Positions 9,511 to 18,337 of a DNA stretch of 25,478 nucleotides are shown here, in pieces. Below the pieces are notes generated by a model that saw nothing but the letters and a program-made list of their open reading frames with translations, was not told the DNA's origin and ran no database searches. The DNA is from a virus (taxonomy: Duplodnaviria > Caudoviricetes): positions 1 to 25,478 of IMG/VR virus record IMGVR_UViG_3300009678_000853. One strand, given 5' to 3'. Made by a program: the position numbers and the translations under genes. The stretch's first letter is position 1. Every line of letters starts with the position of its first letter.

Positions 9511-9974
9511 TGAAAAAAACTGATAAAATTGTTGAAGATATTGCGGTAGAAGATGTAGATGTACAGTTAGATTTTCGTTTACTGCAAATATTGCAGAATG
9601 ATTGGTCAATGCGAAATTTTCCTAAGAATATGGAAGTTAACGGAATTTTGGGGGTAGTGGAAGAGGTGGGGGAATTGTGTCATTCGTATTTGAAAATTCT
9701 TCAGGGTATTCGTGGTACGGAAGAAGAACATACAACTAAAATGAAAGACGCTGTGGGTGATATTACCATTTTTCTTTCAGAAGTATGTAGTGCTTTCGGT
9801 TTTGATTTTCAAGAAATTATTGATTCGACTTGGAAAGAAGTCGCCGCTAGGGATTGGACTAAACAGAAGGTTGACAGTTCTTCAGCCGTTCGCAGAGCAG
9901 TTAGACAAGGATCGGTTAAAGAACGACAAAACCTAAATAAACGTCTAATTCAAAAAGTAGTGAATGGTAAATGA
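9510..9974 (+). CDS. MazG-like nucleotide pyrophosphohydrolase
   Basis: GVVEEVGEL and DAVGD all-alpha NTP-PPase motifs. Start moved from 9486 to the ATG at 9510, which forms a TAATG overlap. Confidence 0.85.
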   Translation: MKKTDKIVEDIAVEDVDVQLDFRLLQILQNDWSMRNFPKNMEVNGILGVVEEVGELCHSYLKILQGIRGTEEEHTTKMKDAVGDITIFLSEVCSAFGFDFQEIIDSTWKEVAARDWTKQKVDSSSAVRRAVRQGSVKERQNLNKRLIQKVVNGK

Positions 9975-9987
9975 ATGAGAAAGGATA

Positions 9988-10575
9988 ATGACTAAAAATG
10001 AAGCTTACGAACTAGGCTATGAACCTAATGATGATGTTGAAATTGTAGATCAAGAATTATTGCAAAAAGAACGCTTGAAGAAATTGAAGCAGCGAGCAGT
10101 AGGACGAAAATCAAAGGCCAAGGGCGGACGATATGAAAACGCCTTGTCAAATAAAATTGCTTCTTATTTTGGTTGGTTGGGAAAAGACGCCTTTGTATTG
10201 ACGAGAAACAATCCTAAATATGGTCAGTCAGGAGGAGATTTAGTTCCCATTCGTCAAATGGCGGAAATGTGGTATTCCCGTAAGCTAGGACCTTTAGAAG
10301 CGAAGTCGCGTGAAGAATGGACGTTTTCACAGTTCTTTACTGACAATCCTGAAAAGAATCCAGTTTATCAATATTGGCTAGAAAGTAATTTGAAGACTAA
10401 TTCAGATAAAAGCATCATTTTTTTTACTAAAAATCATTTACCAGACTTTGTTTTTCATAAATTAGATCATGCTACGATAACGGACAAATCCTATTTGTTG
10501 TTTAGAGTTGAGGAAGAAACGTTTGTTGTCCAGAAATTAACTGATTTTCTTAAAGCAAATTTTGATTTAGACTGA
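9988..10575 (+). CDS. Holliday junction resolvase, PD-(D/E)XK (Hjc-like)
   Basis: GRKSKAKGGRYE, GGDL and LEAK motifs. AAGGA RBS. Confidence 0.78.
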   Translation: MTKNEAYELGYEPNDDVEIVDQELLQKERLKKLKQRAVGRKSKAKGGRYENALSNKIASYFGWLGKDAFVLTRNNPKYGQSGGDLVPIRQMAEMWYSRKLGPLEAKSREEWTFSQFFTDNPEKNPVYQYWLESNLKTNSDKSIIFFTKNHLPDFVFHKLDHATITDKSYLLFRVEEETFVVQKLTDFLKANFDLD

Positions 10576-10596
10576 TTGTTCTTATATTCGTATCTG

Positions 10597-10637
10597 AAAG
10601 GGTTTAGAGATTTATATTCTCTAAACCCTTTTTGTTT
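10597..10637 (+). terminator. Rho-independent terminator ending the replication module
   Basis: Perfect 14-bp stem AAAGGGTTTAGAGA (10597-10610) / TCTCTAAACCCTTT (10618-10631), 7-nt loop, followed by TTGTTT. Confidence 0.85.
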
Positions 10638-10664
10638 ATATAATCATATTTTCTCTGCTTAATT

Positions 10665-10673
10665 TGCTATAAT
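10665..10673 (+). promoter_or_regulatory. Extended -10 promoter element (TGCTATAAT) for the packaging operon
   Basis: TGnTATAAT just after the terminator and 30 nt before the terS ATG, followed by an AGAGGA RBS. Confidence 0.6.
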
Positions 10674-10702
10674 AATTATAGTAAATAAGATTTAGAGGAT
10701 AT

Positions 10703-11317
10703 ATGTCAAAAATTTCAGATGTTAAGAAAAGGGAACAAGCGTATCTTTTATATGCAAAATATAGAAACAGAAAAATGGTTGCAGACGAAATAGGAGTGGA
10801 CGCTAGTACCCTTTCGAGATGGGCGAAAGAAGAAAACTGGGACGCAAAACTCTTAGATGTAAGTAGACGCTTTCGCGGGATGACTGCGGTAATGGAGCGA
10901 GCCAAGCAAGACCTTGCTATGGCCGACATGGTTTCTGAGTTGTCAGTGTTAGAAGTGTTGGAAACAATAGTAGCTAAAGCAATTAGTGTAGACGGTCTTA
11001 GGCCGACAAAATGGGCAGACGTAATGTCTACCATGAAGTTTATTGCTGATCGAAAAGATAACATTTTCGGAAAAGCAAAAGAAGTAGAAAAAGAAGTTAG
11101 CAAAGACGAAACGGCCACGGAAGAAAATAAAGAATTGACTCCTGAAGAACAAGAGAAGTTAGACGCTATTCGTAGTATCTTATCTTCTAGCAGTAAGATA
11201 ATTGATTTAGAAGCTACTGAATATACTCCAAGTGAGGAAGAAAAAGCTTCAATTATAGAAGCAATCACGGAAGGAGAGAAAAACGCAGAAGAAGAACTTG
11301 AACGAGGAAAGGAGTAA
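10703..11317 (+). CDS. terS: Terminase small subunit
   Basis: N-terminal HTH (REQAYLLY...VADEIGVDASTLSRWAKEENWD), helical body and acidic tail. Coupled to terL by TAATG. Confidence 0.75.
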   Translation: MSKISDVKKREQAYLLYAKYRNRKMVADEIGVDASTLSRWAKEENWDAKLLDVSRRFRGMTAVMERAKQDLAMADMVSELSVLEVLETIVAKAISVDGLRPTKWADVMSTMKFIADRKDNIFGKAKEVEKEVSKDETATEENKELTPEEQEKLDAIRSILSSSSKIIDLEATEYTPSEEEKASIIEAITEGEKNAEEELERGKE

Positions 11318-12783
11318 TGTCTGCCGATTTATTAGATACAAACAATATTGACAGTAATTACATTAAAAAATTAGACGAGATGATGATTGAAATGTCTCGT
11401 ACTGATTCAGCTATTTTTACACAATATATTTTTGGTTATAAGAATGCTGATTTTCATAACATGTGGCATAGGTGGATGGATCTTGGTAAGAGCGGGTTGA
11501 TTCTGTCATATCGAGGTAGCGGTAAGAGTGAGCAGTTAATGGGGCGTATATTATGGGAGATGGGCAAGAATCAAGACATACGTATCAAAATTGCTACTGA
11601 GTCTATAGAATTAGCTGGAACCTTGCTGAGTAAATTAGCGGGTACGGTTATTCAAAATGAAAAATTTCATAAGGTCTTTCCACATATCAAGCCTGATAAA
11701 TTAGGCGAATGGTCTTCTACTAAAATTAGAATAGAAAGAAAGAATCTTTCTAAAGATCCTACCATTGCCGTTTCTGGCGTACTCTCAGCAAAAACTGGGG
11801 GTAGAGCAGATATTATCATTCTTGATGACGTTGTAGGAATGCGTAATGCTCTTCTTTTGCCTAAACAACGTCCGGTTGTGATTGACACGGTGTTTTCTAA
11901 CTGGTTGCCGATGTTAGACGGTGAAAGCGCTAGATGGTGGTGTATCGGAACTCCTTGGCATATTGAAGATTTAATTTGTTTATTCAGAAATAATCCTGAA
12001 ATTTTCAAGGCTCCTGAAGTTAAGGTAGGCCCTAATTTTGAGTCTCCTTGGCCGAGTGTTCATACTCCAGAGTATTTTAAAAAGATACTAAAAGAACGTG
12101 GAAGAATATCTTTTAATCGGGGCTATAGACTCATTCCTATTTCTTCAGATGAAACCTGGATTAATAAAGATATTCTATTAGCGCAACGTGATTTTAACAT
12201 GTCGATGAAGGGTGTAGCGAACAATGCTGACATGCCTAAGTTTATGGGAGTTGATCTTGCTCATCGTTCGGGGGCTAATCATTGTCCTACTGTTTTGTTT
12301 ACGATTGCCTTAAACGAAAATGGTACACGGATTCCATGTGACATTAGGGTTTCACACGAAGCTTCTCCATTAGATATTGCTCGTCTGATTATCAATACAG
12401 CCGATCAATTAAAACCGGCAATTATTATTGTAGAAAATGTTGGTGCTCAACAATATTTGTTAGATATGATTAAGACTTTAGGTCCCAACAATTATAAAAT
12501 AGAAGGATATACCACCAATAATCAAAAGATGGATTTACGAACGGGTGTACCAAGTATGCTCGCAGAAATGGAAGGCGGAAAATGGACGTTTCCATATGGC
12601 GATGGTTTTGAGCATGAAGTTACTTGCACGTGTATGATGTGTAAATGGTTAGGCGAAGTTATGGATTTTCCGAACGGTTCTACGGATATGTGTATGGCTT
12701 CTTGGCTGAGTTTACAAGGTTTACGAAAAATAAAAGGAGAAACCGGGAAAGGCGGCTTCTCCATATGGACTTGGGGAAATTAA
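11317..12783 (+). CDS. terL: Terminase large subunit
   Basis: Walker A YRGSGKS, Walker B GGRADIIILDD, coupling motif IGTPWH, and RNase H-like nuclease MGVDLA...IVEN...DMCMA. Confidence 0.93.
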   Translation: MSADLLDTNNIDSNYIKKLDEMMIEMSRTDSAIFTQYIFGYKNADFHNMWHRWMDLGKSGLILSYRGSGKSEQLMGRILWEMGKNQDIRIKIATESIELAGTLLSKLAGTVIQNEKFHKVFPHIKPDKLGEWSSTKIRIERKNLSKDPTIAVSGVLSAKTGGRADIIILDDVVGMRNALLLPKQRPVVIDTVFSNWLPMLDGESARWWCIGTPWHIEDLICLFRNNPEIFKAPEVKVGPNFESPWPSVHTPEYFKKILKERGRISFNRGYRLIPISSDETWINKDILLAQRDFNMSMKGVANNADMPKFMGVDLAHRSGANHCPTVLFTIALNENGTRIPCDIRVSHEASPLDIARLIINTADQLKPAIIIVENVGAQQYLLDMIKTLGPNNYKIEGYTTNNQKMDLRTGVPSMLAEMEGGKWTFPYGDGFEHEVTCTCMMCKWLGEVMDFPNGSTDMCMASWLSLQGLRKIKGETGKGGFSIWTWGN

Positions 12784-12796
12784 GGGGGGATTAATT

Positions 12797-14215
12797 ATGT
12801 TGTATGATTCATCAGGTAGATTAATAAGTGAGGAAAATCCCTCTAGTGAAAAATTGATATTGGGTACACAGAATTATGCAAAATATATGCAAAAAACCCA
12901 TAGTGGAAGATACGCTAATTATGGGGATTTTAATGAATTTCCTATGTACTTTGTGTATCCCGGTTCTCATGGAAGATTAAGTTATAGTGAATTACGTAGT
13001 TTATATGAAACAAGTTCTTCCATTAGACCGGCTGTAGATTCCATTACCAGAGAAGTTTATGGTACGGATTGGAGAGTTGTTCACAAGGATTTAAAACACC
13101 ATAATAATCAGGCTGAGGAAGTTATTACCCGTTTTTTTAATTGCATAAATTTTGATAATCAGGATATTGGTAGTGTGTTATCTGAATTTCTTAATGACTT
13201 ATTAGTTATTGGTAAGGGAGCAATTCAGAAGCCTAGAAATAAATTCGGTCAATTGTTGGAAGTTAAAGCTTGTGACGCGGCGGTATTTTTTCCTGTTATT
13301 GATACGGAAAGCGGAATGTTAGCGGGTTACAGAGAAATGCTTCCTCCTGGATCTAAACGCACGCATAAAATTCATTCTAAAGATGACATTATTTTTAAGA
13401 ACTTTGCTACGGTCACTTACACATTATCTCCTATTCCGATCATAGAAACCATTATAAATGAAATATCTTTATTAATGCTTACAGTAAAAAACATAGGTTC
13501 TGCTTTTTCTAATGATGACATCCCTCCCGGAGTTTTGCATTTAGGAAATATTGGGACAGAGCCACTAGAACGAGCGAAAGCAGCTTTCAAAGAAACGAAA
13601 GATATTTCCCAACGCGGTTTTTCAATGAAAGTGCTAGACAACGTTGATAAGGTAAACTGGGTGCAGTTTACCCGTCCATTCAGAGAAATGCAATTGGCTG
13701 AATTGGTTCCGATTGTGGAAAGAATTGTTGCGCGTAACTTTGGCCTTGCGGCGGTTGATGCCGGATTGGAAGGGGGAGGAAGAACATCGGCTACTATTGG
13801 ACAGTCTTCAGCTAGAGCAAAAATGTTTATTCCTTTAACTAAATTAGTAAAGAATATTGTAGACAATGAAATACTTGCTGAGATTGCACCTAAATTACAA
13901 TTTATTTTTAATAGTACCGAAAACAATGATGTAGAGGTTGAGAAGAATTTGATGTCCAAGGTACGTTTAGGTTTAATTTCTATAAATGAATTCCGTTTGA
14001 AAACGGGGGATAAACCTATTCAAGGGGGTGATCGTAGATTTGTATTACTCGGTAATGAATTTGTTCCTCTTGATCCAATTACAGGACTGCCTCAATACAG
14101 ACTTGATCTTTTTGGTCCCGGTAGACCTAAAAATCCAGAAGAAGGAAATAATGAAAAACCTGGGGAAAAAGAAAATAATACTACTGTTCCCGGAGCAGAA
14201 GATGTGATAGAATAA
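12797..14215 (+). CDS. Portal protein (HK97-type)
   Basis: Follows terL. Contains DLLVIGKGAI, FSNDDIPPGVL, IVARNFGL and GLISINEFR...PIQGGD portal motifs. Confidence 0.9.
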   Translation: MLYDSSGRLISEENPSSEKLILGTQNYAKYMQKTHSGRYANYGDFNEFPMYFVYPGSHGRLSYSELRSLYETSSSIRPAVDSITREVYGTDWRVVHKDLKHHNNQAEEVITRFFNCINFDNQDIGSVLSEFLNDLLVIGKGAIQKPRNKFGQLLEVKACDAAVFFPVIDTESGMLAGYREMLPPGSKRTHKIHSKDDIIFKNFATVTYTLSPIPIIETIINEISLLMLTVKNIGSAFSNDDIPPGVLHLGNIGTEPLERAKAAFKETKDISQRGFSMKVLDNVDKVNWVQFTRPFREMQLAELVPIVERIVARNFGLAAVDAGLEGGGRTSATIGQSSARAKMFIPLTKLVKNIVDNEILAEIAPKLQFIFNSTENNDVEVEKNLMSKVRLGLISINEFRLKTGDKPIQGGDRRFVLLGNEFVPLDPITGLPQYRLDLFGPGRPKNPEEGNNEKPGEKENNTTVPGAEDVIE

Positions 14216-14235
14216 CAATAAGTGGGGATTTTTGT

Positions 14236-14562
14236 ATGGAAAAATTATTTGGTGACTTAGTTGAAATTGATGTTCATTTAATACAAGCGAAAGTGTTTGA
14301 TTATATTTGGGAAGCAAAAAATGTGGATTCATCTTGTAGGTTGAAGTTCCTAGCGAAATATTTATCAGACTATACTCCTGCTAGACTTGAAATATTAGCT
14401 AAAAATACCGAAAATTTTTCATACGGTGATTTGAGAGAATTATCGTACAGATTAATGACAGCGGACGGAGATCCTAGAGGAGACGAATCTATTATTAAAA
14501 GTTTGCGCGAAAGTTTTGGTATTGAGAAAGGAGAAATAGAAAAAGCCAAAACAGAGGAATAA
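14236..14562 (+). CDS. Small protein resembling the C-terminal SRH + helical lid of a classic AAA ATPase (no P-loop)
   Basis: EIDVHLIQAKVFDYIWE...RLKFLAKYL...LEILAKNTENFSYGDLREL parallels the AAA consensus LDPALLRPGRFDRxIE...RxEIL...LxxLAxxTEGFSGADLxxL. Confidence 0.55.
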   Translation: MEKLFGDLVEIDVHLIQAKVFDYIWEAKNVDSSCRLKFLAKYLSDYTPARLEILAKNTENFSYGDLRELSYRLMTADGDPRGDESIIKSLRESFGIEKGEIEKAKTEE

Positions 14563-15317
14563 TGCGAGTTGTTGGAATTTCCGACGTACATTTCGGGGAC
14601 CATGATATATCAGCTTGGAATCTTACTAAAAAAATTATTCCTGATTTAAATGCTGATTTAATTTATTTGTTAGGAGATATATGGGATTTTAAAGCATTAA
14701 CTAGATTCCTAGTATCCCCCCAAGACTCTTTGTTTTTTCAAAAAGAAGTTAATACGGGTGTAAAAGCCCTTGCTTCTTTACGAGATGTTTATCAAGGAAG
14801 AATTAAATTCAGAAAAGGTAATCACGAAGAAAGATTAATTAAATATTTATATACAAATGCAAAGCGTTTAGCTTCTATAGATAATCTTCATTTGCCTAAT
14901 CTGTTGAAATTATCTGATCTTGATATTGAATATTATGAAGCAGATAAAAAAGGTATATTTGATAAAATTGGCAAATTAAATTTTTTTCACGGTCATGAAA
15001 TTAGGGTTAGTAATCCCGATCCTGCCAGAAAAATATTCCAAAAAATTCTAGATAACGGTTTCTGCGGACATCATCACGTATTTGATTCCTACATAGCACG
15101 TTCTCTGACGGGGGAATATCGAGGAGTATATGTAAACGCTACTTTGCAAAAACAAGATCCAGAGTGGGCGGGGTTTACTAATTGGTCTCAAGGAATATCG
15201 GTCATTGATTTTTCCCCTTCAGGTTATTTTGATATAGATCAACTATGTTATTTTAAGAAGGGTTCAAAAATGATGACAATGGTAAATACTCAGGCAAAAA
15301 AACTTTATATTAATTAA
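14562..15317 (+). CDS. Calcineurin-like metallophosphoesterase
   Basis: All five motifs are present: SDVH, GDIWD, GNHE, HGH, GHHH. TAATG coupling to the upstream ORF. Confidence 0.9.
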   Translation: MRVVGISDVHFGDHDISAWNLTKKIIPDLNADLIYLLGDIWDFKALTRFLVSPQDSLFFQKEVNTGVKALASLRDVYQGRIKFRKGNHEERLIKYLYTNAKRLASIDNLHLPNLLKLSDLDIEYYEADKKGIFDKIGKLNFFHGHEIRVSNPDPARKIFQKILDNGFCGHHHVFDSYIARSLTGEYRGVYVNATLQKQDPEWAGFTNWSQGISVIDFSPSGYFDIDQLCYFKKGSKMMTMVNTQAKKLYIN

Positions 15318-15325
15318 GAGGAATT

Positions 15326-15631
15326 ATGCTTTATCATTCAATGTACAACGCAGCTATCGACAATGTTAAGACGCTTCTTCATTTGGTTGCAAAAATGAAT
15401 CAAGTATCTATTTCTAAAATAGAGCCTCTTACTTCTGAGTGGTCAAAGGATCAACCTTTATTAGAAGAATATGACTTAGTTTTACATCTTGATGTACATC
15501 CGAGTCAAATGAATTCTTTATATATTGATATGTCTGAATCTTTGCAGCGTTATGCGGAAGGGTGTTCTATTCTCGTTCGCAACTTTATTATTAATTATGT
15601 AACTTTTCAATTTCACTTGATTAAAAACTAA
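15326..15631 (+). CDS. Hypothetical protein
   Basis: 101-aa ORF with an AAGAGGA RBS. Confidence 0.7.
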   Translation: MLYHSMYNAAIDNVKTLLHLVAKMNQVSISKIEPLTSEWSKDQPLLEEYDLVLHLDVHPSQMNSLYIDMSESLQRYAEGCSILVRNFIINYVTFQFHLIKN

Positions 15632-15686
15632 AGTTTTATTTCAAATCTTATATTTTATAAAAACAGCCTTTTTTCCCATATCTTCG

Positions 15687-15695
15687 TGATATAAT
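15687..15695 (+). promoter_or_regulatory. Extended -10 promoter element (TGATATAAT) for the protease-capsid operon
   Basis: TGnTATAAT in the ~100-nt AT-rich gap, 40 nt upstream of the protease ATG. Confidence 0.55.
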
Positions 15696-15735
15696 TTTAT
15701 TATATAAGAGAGTTATGAAGTAAAGAGGAATATTG

Positions 15736-17208
15736 ATGAACGATAAAAATCTTATAAAGAAAGATATGGAAGGAAAGGCGGTTCCTCTTGCTTTCACTGC
15801 TGATTTTCTTATTGCAAAAAAATATGATTTGAAGAAATCTAAAAAGGCTTCTGATTCAGAAGGAACCTTCATAATTGAAGGGTATGCCTCTACTTCTGAC
15901 ATTGATTCTCAATATTCAATTATTACTGAGAAAGCAATTGCAGATGGGGCTACTTCATTACAAAAATATACTACTCTGCTTTTTAATCATGACATGAACA
16001 GACCAATTGGAAAAATTCAATTGGCTGAAGCACGCGGTAATAAGCTTTTTGTAAAATGTTCAATTTCTAAGTCTGAGGCCGATATTAGAGAAAAGATTCA
16101 GGATGGGACACTTAGCAAGTTTTCCATTATGGGTGAAGTCTTAGAGGGTGACGATCAAACCATTGATGGACAGGATTTGTTTGTTATTAATTCTTTAAGA
16201 TTGTTCGAGGTTTCTCTTGTTTCAGTTCCCGCTAATGTTGAAGCGAAAGCTTTGAATTGGTATATCGAAAAAAGTTTGTTAAAAAATGGTTCTATTCTCT
16301 CTAGAAAGAAAAACGTCGATATGCCAGAAGATAAAGACGAGTGGGAAGATGAAGAAGAGGAAGAAGAAAATAAGAAGGAAAAAAAGGCTTTAGATGGTGA
16401 GTCTTCCGATATAGATCATAAGGAATTGTTAAGTGCTTGTAATACAATTCTTGAGCAAATGGAAACGGTGGTAGCAGGTTTAGTGGGTGACGATAGAGAT
16501 AATGGGGTTCGGGTTGTCCAGTGGCTTCAGGCAATTAAAGAAAAGTATGATCCTTCTAATGGACAAGCGGTAGAAGACGAGAATTCGGAAGATGAGAAAA
16601 AAGCTCAAAAGAAGCTGGAGGAATTGAACGTGAAACGAAATAGCGATGCTAAAGAAAAGGATTATGTCACGGTTCTAGATGAATCCACTGAAGATGTAAC
16701 CAAGGATGCTACTGAGACCGTTACAAAGTCTGTGGACGTTGCAGATGAAGATGTAGTTCTAGAAAAGACAGTTGAAGTTGAGAAAGAAGCGAAAGTTGAG
16801 AAAGAAGTTGTAAAGTCTGAAGTGGTTAAGACTACGGCAACGGAGATCAATGACGAGACCGCTCTAGTTAAATCTTTAACAGGCGTGATTGCTGAGATTA
16901 AAGAACTTGCCAAGTCTGTTGTGGTTGCTGTTGACGATGCGAATAAGGCGGCTAAGGAAGCGCTATCCGCAAAAGAAGAGTTGCAGAAATCGCTTGACGA
17001 GTTGAAAGAGACTTTGAAGGGAGTACCAATCAGAAAGGTTGCCGCAATTACGGCTACTCAAGATGGGGAAGACCGATTGGAGTCTGAAGAAGGGACTGAC
17101 ACGAGAGAAATCCTGAAACGGAAGAATAAGAATTTTGATAATCTTCCGCCTCAAGAACAACTCCGTCAGATTGTAGCAGAACAATTGAAAGGCAAGGGAA
17201 AACGCTAA
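15736..17208 (+). CDS. HK97-family prohead protease fused to an acidic coiled-coil scaffolding region
   Basis: IEGYAS, LLFNHD (catalytic His), FSIMG (catalytic Ser), LFEVSLVSVPAN, then about 300 aa of E/K/D/V-rich tail. The ATG at 15736 fits the AGAGGA RBS better than the TTG at 15733. Confidence 0.9.
   Translation: MNDKNLIKKDMEGKAVPLAFTADFLIAKKYDLKKSKKASDSEGTFIIEGYASTSDIDSQYSIITEKAIADGATSLQKYTTLLFNHDMNRPIGKIQLAEARGNKLFVKCSISKSEADIREKIQDGTLSKFSIMGEVLEGDDQTIDGQDLFVINSLRLFEVSLVSVPANVEAKALNWYIEKSLLKNGSILSRKKNVDMPEDKDEWEDEEEEEENKKEKKALDGESSDIDHKELLSACNTILEQMETVVAGLVGDDRDNGVRVVQWLQAIKEKYDPSNGQAVEDENSEDEKKAQKKLEELNVKRNSDAKEKDYVTVLDESTEDVTKDATETVTKSVDVADEDVVLEKTVEVEKEAKVEKEVVKSEVVKTTATEINDETALVKSLTGVIAEIKELAKSVVVAVDDANKAAKEALSAKEELQKSLDELKETLKGVPIRKVAAITATQDGEDRLESEEGTDTREILKRKNKNFDNLPPQEQLRQIVAEQLKGKGKR
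16775..16807 (+). repeat. Short in-frame direct repeat (AAGTTGAGAAAGAAG x2, 18-nt period) in the scaffold region
   Basis: Copies at 16775-16789 and 16793-16807, encoding VEKEAKVEKE. Confidence 0.7.
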
Positions 17209-17238
17209 TTAATATTAAATATGGAGGGGGGTTTTAAA

Positions 17239-18183
17239 ATGGGTACTCCTGATCTTACGTTACTTAGAAAGGCTTTAGATGAAGGCGACTTAACTTCACT
17301 ATATCATCTTCGTGATATTTCTGAAGTTTTGATCAATCTTGTTGATTATCAAAATCCGTTTCGTCAAATGCTCCCGCGTAGACCGGGGCAGGGTGAAGGA
17401 TATGTTGCTCGTACTCGTACTGCTGGTACTACTCTAGCAGAAGACGTAAATGATACTGATTCGTTTGCGGAAGAGACGGGTTCGTATAGCGAAGTGTACT
17501 TTCCGTATCGTACCATTGGTACGCAAGGGAAGGTTTCACGTCGAGTGCAGAAGACCGGGCGTCTTTTCAGTGACTTGCTTGCTGATGAGATGGGCGCAAA
17601 GGCAATGGATATTCGGGACCGTGAAGAACACCGTACCATTTGGGGGAATACTCCTACCATTAATGCTAAGCAGATTCTCGGTTTGAACTATAGCACTACC
17701 AATAATACTGGTCAAATCGTTGGTTCGACTACGGCAGGATCGTTGACTCTTACCAAGATGGACGAAGTGATTGATAAGGTTATTACCAATCCTAATCCAA
17801 ACGTGATTCTTACTTCACGGGCGGGGGCAAGAAAGATCAATGCCGCTCTTCAGGCTCAACAGCGTTTCATTGATAAAGTTGAAGTTCCTGGTGGATTTAA
17901 GGTGAATAGTTATAACGGTATTCCTATTATCAAGAGTACCACTATTCCTGATACGCTTACCATGTCAACTGGTGGAACCGTCAGTGCTCTTACTGCTGGA
18001 ACCTTCACTTGCTTGTTTGTCGTAGATTTCAACCATGTATTTATGAGCGTTCTTGAGGAATTGACCATGATGCCTCTTGCTCGTAGATCCAGTCAGTTTG
18101 TCGAGTTCGATATTTTTGAGGACTTGGCTCTGGTTGTTCGTGATTATCGCGCAGTGTCCCAGTATTACTTCTGGGCTGCCTAA
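17239..18183 (+). CDS. Major capsid protein (HK97 fold)
   Basis: Follows the protease/scaffold gene; about 314 aa with capsid-like segments (GSLTLTKMDEVIDKV, PNVILTS, SYNGIPIIKS). A strong GGAGGGGG RBS at 17223-17230 supports the ATG at 17239 rather than 17221. Confidence 0.88.
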   Translation: MGTPDLTLLRKALDEGDLTSLYHLRDISEVLINLVDYQNPFRQMLPRRPGQGEGYVARTRTAGTTLAEDVNDTDSFAEETGSYSEVYFPYRTIGTQGKVSRRVQKTGRLFSDLLADEMGAKAMDIRDREEHRTIWGNTPTINAKQILGLNYSTTNNTGQIVGSTTAGSLTLTKMDEVIDKVITNPNPNVILTSRAGARKINAALQAQQRFIDKVEVPGGFKVNSYNGIPIIKSTTIPDTLTMSTGGTVSALTAGTFTCLFVVDFNHVFMSVLEELTMMPLARRSSQFVEFDIFEDLALVVRDYRAVSQYYFWAA

Positions 18184-18193
18184 GCGATTTCGG

Positions 18194-18337
18194 TTCATCC
18201 CGTTACGCATGTCTAAATAGGCTCTGCCACGGCGTAGTCGTAGACTGCGGAACATGTGTAACGGCGATTCTAGGCCACGGTCTAGAATCAAAAACGTGGG
18301 GGGTAGTCAACTTAGGTTGGCTAGTAGTGGGGTAATG
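18194..18337 (+). ncRNA. Candidate structured RNA (multi-stem, unassigned family)
   Basis: GC-rich non-coding island. Stems: 18200-18212/18252-18264 (13 bp), 18233-18239/18243-18249, 18266-18275/18280-18289 (CACG loop), 18304-18311/18316-18323 (TTAG loop). Every non-Watson-Crick pair is G-U on the + strand. Confidence 0.65.

Noticed and set aside
16321-17208. Separately translated nested scaffold protein starting at the internal ATG (MPEDKDEW)
   Set aside because: It is plausible by analogy to lambda C/Nu3, but no convincing Shine-Dalgarno sequence precedes this ATG.
18170-18216. Capsid C-terminal extension by stop readthrough stimulated by the downstream RNA structure
   Set aside because: Readthrough of the TAA adds only about 10 codons before another TAA, and no slippery heptamer is evident at the gene end.
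18200-18264. Type III hammerhead ribozyme (stem ending in GUC, inner hairpin, GGAAC on the 3' side)
   Set aside because: The junction geometry is superficially similar, but the required CUGANGA core is absent (CUGCCACGGC instead), GAAA reads GGAA, and there is no convincing stem I.
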